Source: Thermoproteota archaeon
GTDB taxonomy: Archaea; Asgardarchaeota; Jordiarchaeia; Jordiarchaeales; Freyrarchaeaceae
Assembly (NCBI GenBank): GCA_029258835.1
Contig: JAPDJY010000010.1
Span: 1 to 17,881 of the forward strand
DNA: 17,881 nucleotides
Direction: 5' to 3'
Shown: positions 14,501 to 17,881 of the stretch, in pieces
Layout: the number at the start of each line of letters is the position of its first letter
Numbering within the stretch: the first letter of the stretch is position 1
Made by a program: the position numbers and the translations under genes
The notes under the pieces: model-generated
Database searches by the model: none
The model's input: only the letters and a program-made list of their open reading frames with translations
Told to the model about the DNA's origin: nothing

Positions 14501-17039
14501 CGGTGGCGTAGCCTTGTGCGTCGCTCGTCGCCGTCGCCACGAGCGTCTCGTTTATCCAGAAGTCGACTTCCTGGCCAGCGATAGGATCGCCATAAGGGTC
14601 TTTCAGAACTGCGGTGACATTGAAAGTTTCGGAGAGCAGGAAGTATACGCGGTCATACTCAGTCGAAACGTCTACGACCGCGTTGAACGCCTGAGCGAAA
14701 ACAGTGTAGTTGGCACCAGACTCTAGGGCATCGCTCAAGATCACGAGCGAGAAGTGAGTTGCGTTGTAATCCTGCTCGACATAGTCAGTGCCAGCGGTCA
14801 GCAGCACAGGGTCGCCAGTTCCACTTGCAGACTCGGCATAAGCGTATTCGATCGTCGCGGTCGGTTCAGGGTCGGCGTACTTGCGGACGTAAACGTAATC
14901 AACGTAAACGTCGCCGACGTAGTTCGCCCCCCACGTCGCAAACCATATTTCAGCCGGGTCGACGGGAATATTCGTCGTGTGCGTAACCGCGAGCGCGCCA
15001 TCGCGGTAGAGACTTGCCTTGGTACTCGTCCACCACATCTCATCGCGGTGGTAATTCGCTGTGTCGGCATCGACCTGAATCGTCGTGATAGTATACGTCG
15101 TCGAGGTGTCCTTCGTTATGAACTCCCAGTCCGTGTTAGAGTCGTGGTAGTCCGCGACCTCTTGGTTCGCAGCACCCTCCGGGGGCCACAGAGCAAAACC
15201 GACGCATGCGCCCGCGAGCCTCACGCGGGCGCCGACGATGACAGGCGGAGAAAATGTTATCGTCGTGTTCACGCTGCTCCCGTCGGGGACGTATAGCACG
15301 CCGCCTGACTCGCTCACATCCCCATCCGGTTCCCACTTGGAGGTATCTATCGCGCCATCGTCGAAATCGTCGAAGAAGTCGAAGACAGCAGCAGGATCCC
15401 AGTAGGGATTGACGTTCGTGGCATTACCGTAGAATAAGAACAACGTAGTGTTGGCGACATCGTAGTACGTGCCTGCTGCAATCTCTGGTATCCTGACCCA
15501 GCAGTAGCACCAAGACCCATCGACTTGCGTCTCGTTCCACGCGGGTATGCGCTCATATCGCTGCGATGTAGCGTTCCAAATAGCAAATCTGATGTCCGAG
15601 AAGTCGCTGACCATGTTAGCTTGGTAGGTTACGTTAAACCACCTCTGATAGTCAGTCAGCGCGCCGCCAGCGGTATTGTTGATTACGATGGGGATCTTGT
15701 GGGTGAACTCTTCGTAAGTGCCCGTCTCAGGGTCGTAGACTTTGTAAGTTGGCGGGTATTGCGCTGTGACGTTTATGAGATCGTAGCCTTTTGGCAGTAG
15801 GATGTTTAACTCGGGGAAAATGCCGCCAGCTGGGATTTCGTAGTTGAGCACGTCGAAGCGGTAAGTGGCGTTGTCGTCGGAGTAAGCCCAGTAATACCCC
15901 TCGATAAGGTACCATTCTTCGTCTTCCAGCCAGCCGATCACGGCGAAGTTGGTTTCGAGGACTGTGCTAGTCTTCCACGTCGCGCCGTTGTCATAAGATT
16001 CGACGCCGTAGCCATCTGCGTAAGACAGTGCCGAATCGTAAGCTAAGAGCCAGCCGTTACCGGCTCCTACGTCTGTGCCTGCTGGCGCAGCAATGCTCAT
16101 TATGATCGCGTAGTCGCCAGCCTCCAGCTCAGTCGCGCTGGGCAGGTCTAAGCGCACCCACGTCAGCGCGGTGCCTACGGTCCCGTTGTCGATGACCCAG
16201 TAAGCTATCGTCTCGCTGGGGTAGCCCCCTGACGTGCGCGTTAAGTTGACCTCTAAGCCGTAACTGGTCGTGGCTTGCTCAGCTATGTGAACTTCTATCG
16301 CCGAGATCGCAACGCGCTCTGAGATCGTGAAGACCTCGCCATACCAATACTCTCCGACCCTGCTCTCCAGCGTGTTGTCGCTGACATCGAAGCGCGTTAC
16401 ATTGGTCTCAGGCAGCGTGCTGTTGAAATACGCAGTGAAGCCTTGGGTCTCGGCGTAGCCTTCTGTCGATGTCACAGTAGGGTCGATGTCAAAGTTACCT
16501 TCGACGGTCCAGCGGACCAGCCACTTCCCTTTAGCCTTAGCACACGATGGAAGCTTACCGTGCTTAACGGCGTCATCCCACGCGAATACGAACCTAGCGA
16601 CTTCGACCCTGTGAAGCTTCTGCTTAAACTCCTTGCCTTTGGCGTCGATGCGCCACTCGAAAGTCGTGCGCTTCGGCGCGTAGCCTTCGACGGACCACTT
16701 GACCGCTGGCATCACGCTGCTGAAAGACCAGACGAACCTAGCCCAGCCCTGGTCGCGCTTACCTTTGACTAGCTCGACTTCCCAGATCACCTTGTTGCCA
16801 ACGCGCTCTAGGCGCACCGTGCTGTTCAGCTTTGCGCCTTTCAGCCTGAAATCCAGGTTGACCGATACGCCGGTCGCAGGGTCGAAGATGCTGATGTCAC
16901 CGGTCGGAAAGAACTTGAAGACGAAGCCGGTCAGGGGGTGCTGAACTTCGATCGATCTCACTGTCCGGGCCTCGAGGAGCGGGGCGGCCAGCACCACTAC
17001 CAGTACCGTAATCATCAGGAGCGTGGAGGCCCGCCTCAC
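11586..17039 (-). CDS. Giant surface glycoprotein/adhesin (spike): signal peptide, DUF2341, lectin-like and Ig-like repeats, C-terminal TM anchor
   Basis: 1817 aa. DUF2341 motif (IPIVINN...DFSDIRF...WVRIP...LFYGN...VFDFFDDF, ~15350-15700); tandem ~270-aa duplication; Ig-like PTILLNSP...SDPAGV; TM plus basic tail; many N-x-S/T sequons. Confidence 0.9.
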   Translation of the reverse strand: MRRASTLLMITVLVVVLAAPLLEARTVRSIEVQHPLTGFVFKFFPTGDISIFDPATGVSVNLDFRLKGAKLNSTVRLERVGNKVIWEVELVKGKRDQGWARFVWSFSSVMPAVKWSVEGYAPKRTTFEWRIDAKGKEFKQKLHRVEVARFVFAWDDAVKHGKLPSCAKAKGKWLVRWTVEGNFDIDPTVTSTEGYAETQGFTAYFNSTLPETNVTRFDVSDNTLESRVGEYWYGEVFTISERVAISAIEVHIAEQATTSYGLEVNLTRTSGGYPSETIAYWVIDNGTVGTALTWVRLDLPSATELEAGDYAIIMSIAAPAGTDVGAGNGWLLAYDSALSYADGYGVESYDNGATWKTSTVLETNFAVIGWLEDEEWYLIEGYYWAYSDDNATYRFDVLNYEIPAGGIFPELNILLPKGYDLINVTAQYPPTYKVYDPETGTYEEFTHKIPIVINNTAGGALTDYQRWFNVTYQANMVSDFSDIRFAIWNATSQRYERIPAWNETQVDGSWCYCWVRIPEIAAGTYYDVANTTLFLFYGNATNVNPYWDPAAVFDFFDDFDDGAIDTSKWEPDGDVSESGGVLYVPDGSSVNTTITFSPPVIVGARVRLAGACVGFALWPPEGAANQEVADYHDSNTDWEFITKDTSTTYTITTIQVDADTANYHRDEMWWTSTKASLYRDGALAVTHTTNIPVDPAEIWFATWGANYVGDVYVDYVYVRKYADPEPTATIEYAYAESASGTGDPVLLTAGTDYVEQDYNATHFSLVILSDALESGANYTVFAQAFNAVVDVSTEYDRVYFLLSETFNVTAVLKDPYGDPIAGQEVDFWINETLVATATSDAQGYATVSVSAPAYDSLFYVCANTSGLYAGLRNTSALISTDINYSVTCPDIAQKNVAFDITVEAWITYDSSPVDTITVNGSTSAGGSVTISVNITLSGHHNVTLELSFDKGGAAKSDSWLKTVFVGGSVNWNVTFDPDRYRYTGQTCDISIDVTYDTGERVAQTVYLYLDDSLVASGAPILTHSFTMPDRDVSVLANLTDIDGAVYNYTATVFWFNAIQSIGIPRSVFLLSESVTVNVTLADPHGDPISGQEVTFWVNDTVVGSAFTDASGVAQITITVPSADSLFYIKANSTDASFTYAGEIISSDLIATDIAYSVDCPDIAQKNVAFNVTVEAWITYNGTPVDSIVANGTTYSGGTATLTLNITLSGHHNISLSLAFDKGGAVKSDSWLKEIFVGGSVNWAVTIDPEQYYYPSGTSVSISVDVTYDTGERVSQALYLYLNDQLNATGSPVLSYSFTMPDVNVVILVNFTDIDGAVYNWSKTLYINAIDITIEYYGTLERVDMEINATARSGVVGEHDWALYFMQPSASTFYKYSPAVKVGVVEITAVNITQSGLSVNISVLITNYDTIEKQIVVNATLFAEYYGIIDTAEIIQTVAPNNYLVYLFTFSIPESPDMPIYLYIKAANGTDVAEWQILTPVTPVGYGVIKMQHLDPSLTSITTYETLTEANASEPVYAYVAIINNMLISTPGHALFKLVLPETTNVSVIVTCESGVFETGDVVAVEINYTCVPTLEADINLYVGGTLVASWHVLDNATILTNVTAPDAPQGAETVVDVTAEVVAFERVYASGSDSFTVFNQGPTILLNSPPQGSTLNGTVTIDLAISDPAGVAWAIWRWDFETEWKNLSEPWDITVDTLKYPNGLARLIVRAADTKGFESEASFYFDIYNEVTEAAFFAQLQEIANMIGRWAFLPGIGAFVIAVIVVYTGMKIFRARPKPKQPAGPPVVVNVTVDKSFVEALHEFDAKRRGGRRGSRR
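13060..14690 (-). repeat. Intragenic tandem duplication (~810-nt unit x2)
   Basis: Protein repeats FLLSE...CPDIAQKNVAF...ITLSGHHN...TDIDGAVYN. Identical DNA blocks at 13084-13111/13900-13927 (28 bp) and 13404-13432/14217-14245 (29 bp). Confidence 0.9.
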
Positions 17040-17040
17040 G

Positions 17041-17418
17041 TCAGATCACCGGGAGGACGAACTTGAGCACGTAGTAGGCCGCGAGGAGGGAGACTACCGC
17101 TATCAAAGCCCACACGAGCGGGAGCAAGAAGGCGAAGGGGCCTAGAACCTTCGCCAGGATCCCGTTGAGGTTGGCGTAGACCCACAGCAGCGCGTCGAGC
17201 GGCGCTTTCAGGATCGAAAGGAGCCCCCCAACGACCTGGCTGACCGCGTCCCCTATCGCGTCGAACACCGATTCGATCGCCATGAGGATCGGGTCAACGA
17301 TGAACGGCTTGAGGAAGTTCTCCCAGAGCCAGTCCCAGAACGCCTTGACGCTGCCGCCGAAGAGCTTGAGGACGTCCTCGAGCGTGACCATCAGCACCGC
17401 GCGGAGGAGGGCGTCCAT
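17041..17418 (-). CDS. Small membrane protein, paralog of 1121-1516
   Basis: FGGSVKAFWDWLWENFLKP...VLGPFAFLLP...LKFVLPVI. Confidence 0.85.
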   Translation of the reverse strand: MDALLRAVLMVTLEDVLKLFGGSVKAFWDWLWENFLKPFIVDPILMAIESVFDAIGDAVSQVVGGLLSILKAPLDALLWVYANLNGILAKVLGPFAFLLPLVWALIAVVSLLAAYYVLKFVLPVI

Positions 17419-17422
17419 GTTC

Positions 17423-17881
17423 TCACTCCTCCGGGAAGAGGCCGCTGCTCGCGAGTTCCCTGATGTCTTTCTCCTCCTCTACCTCCTCGCCTTCCTCGGG
17501 CTCGGTGGGCGGGGCGGGGCGCGACTCGCTCTGCTGCCTCTCCAACACGTACCTCAGCAGGTCGCGGGCGTCGACCGTGACCTCAACCTTCTCAGGTAGC
17601 TTCAACTCGAACGATATCGTCCTGACCGGCCCCTCGCCGTTTGACGTCAAACTCGAGGCCCGGCCGGGCTCGACCCTAAGGCGCCTCAGCACGGCGTCGA
17701 CGACCTGGTCTAGGCTCCAGCCCTTCTCGCCGCGTGGCTCTGGCCCGCTCTCCTCCCCAACCTCTGGAATCCCTTGCGCCCCGCCCCTCTGCCCCCTGTG
17801 GGACCGCGCGATCAGGATGCCTATGAACAGCAGCCAGAGCACGCTGAAGGCGAAGAGCGCGTAGCCGGCCTCAGCTAGGCT
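17423..17881 (-). CDS. Membrane-anchored protein with acidic/Pro-rich tail; 5' end lies beyond the window
   Basis: Frame stays open to the window edge (SLAEAGYALFAFSVLWLLFIGILIARS...); acidic C-terminus. Confidence 0.7.
   Translation of the reverse strand, partial: SLAEAGYALFAFSVLWLLFIGILIARSHRGQRGGAQGIPEVGEESGPEPRGEKGWSLDQVVDAVLRRLRVEPGRASSLTSNGEGPVRTISFELKLPEKVEVTVDARDLLRYVLERQQSESRPAPPTEPEEGEEVEEEKDIRELASSGLFPEE

Larger units (their letters stand above)
710..17881. mobile_element. Archaeal virus/provirus-like element (likely enveloped), extends past the right edge
   Basis: Tyrosine integrase, RHH switch, many small Zn-finger ORFs with ATGA/GTGA overlaps, packaging-like ATPase, membrane proteins and a giant adhesin. 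Uniformly higher GC than 1-700. Archaeal TATA boxes and GGTGA/GGAGG RBSs. Confidence 0.85.

Noticed and set aside
17310-17352. Self-target of the array in the membrane gene (VKAFWDWLWE vs codon-skip reading V-K-F-W-W-D-L-W-E)
   Set aside because: The resemblance is superficial; the dinucleotides do not align in register without indels and mismatches. I found no convincing in-window target by eye.

Overview
Almost the whole window (~710-17881, GC roughly 60% by eye) is an archaeal virus or provirus-like element. On the left it is fused to a short lower-GC segment carrying the 3' half of a DUF234-type ATPase/PD-(D/E)xK gene. The element has: (i) a membrane/structural module on the minus strand, split between the two ends of the window (basic protein, two paralogous small membrane proteins, a 263-aa membrane protein, a 1817-aa DUF2341/Ig-repeat adhesin, a multi-TM protein and an FtsK/HerA/A32-like ATPase); (ii) a coupled run of small, mostly Cys-rich early genes; (iii) a divergent pair of ribbon-helix-helix regulators; (iv) an internal tyrosine integrase. 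The stand-out feature is a solitary Cas7/RAMP-like gene (6676-7215). It is followed immediately by a strictly 5-nt-periodic GGY-NN array (7224-7323), with no CRISPR repeats or other cas genes. This is a candidate minimal virus-encoded RNA-guided system in which the variable dinucleotides would carry the guide information. Also noted: a structured candidate ncRNA with a K-loop upstream of the integrase, a ParB/DUF5131 deletion-fusion gene and a shared palindromic operator. All family calls come from motif recognition by eye; no searches were run.
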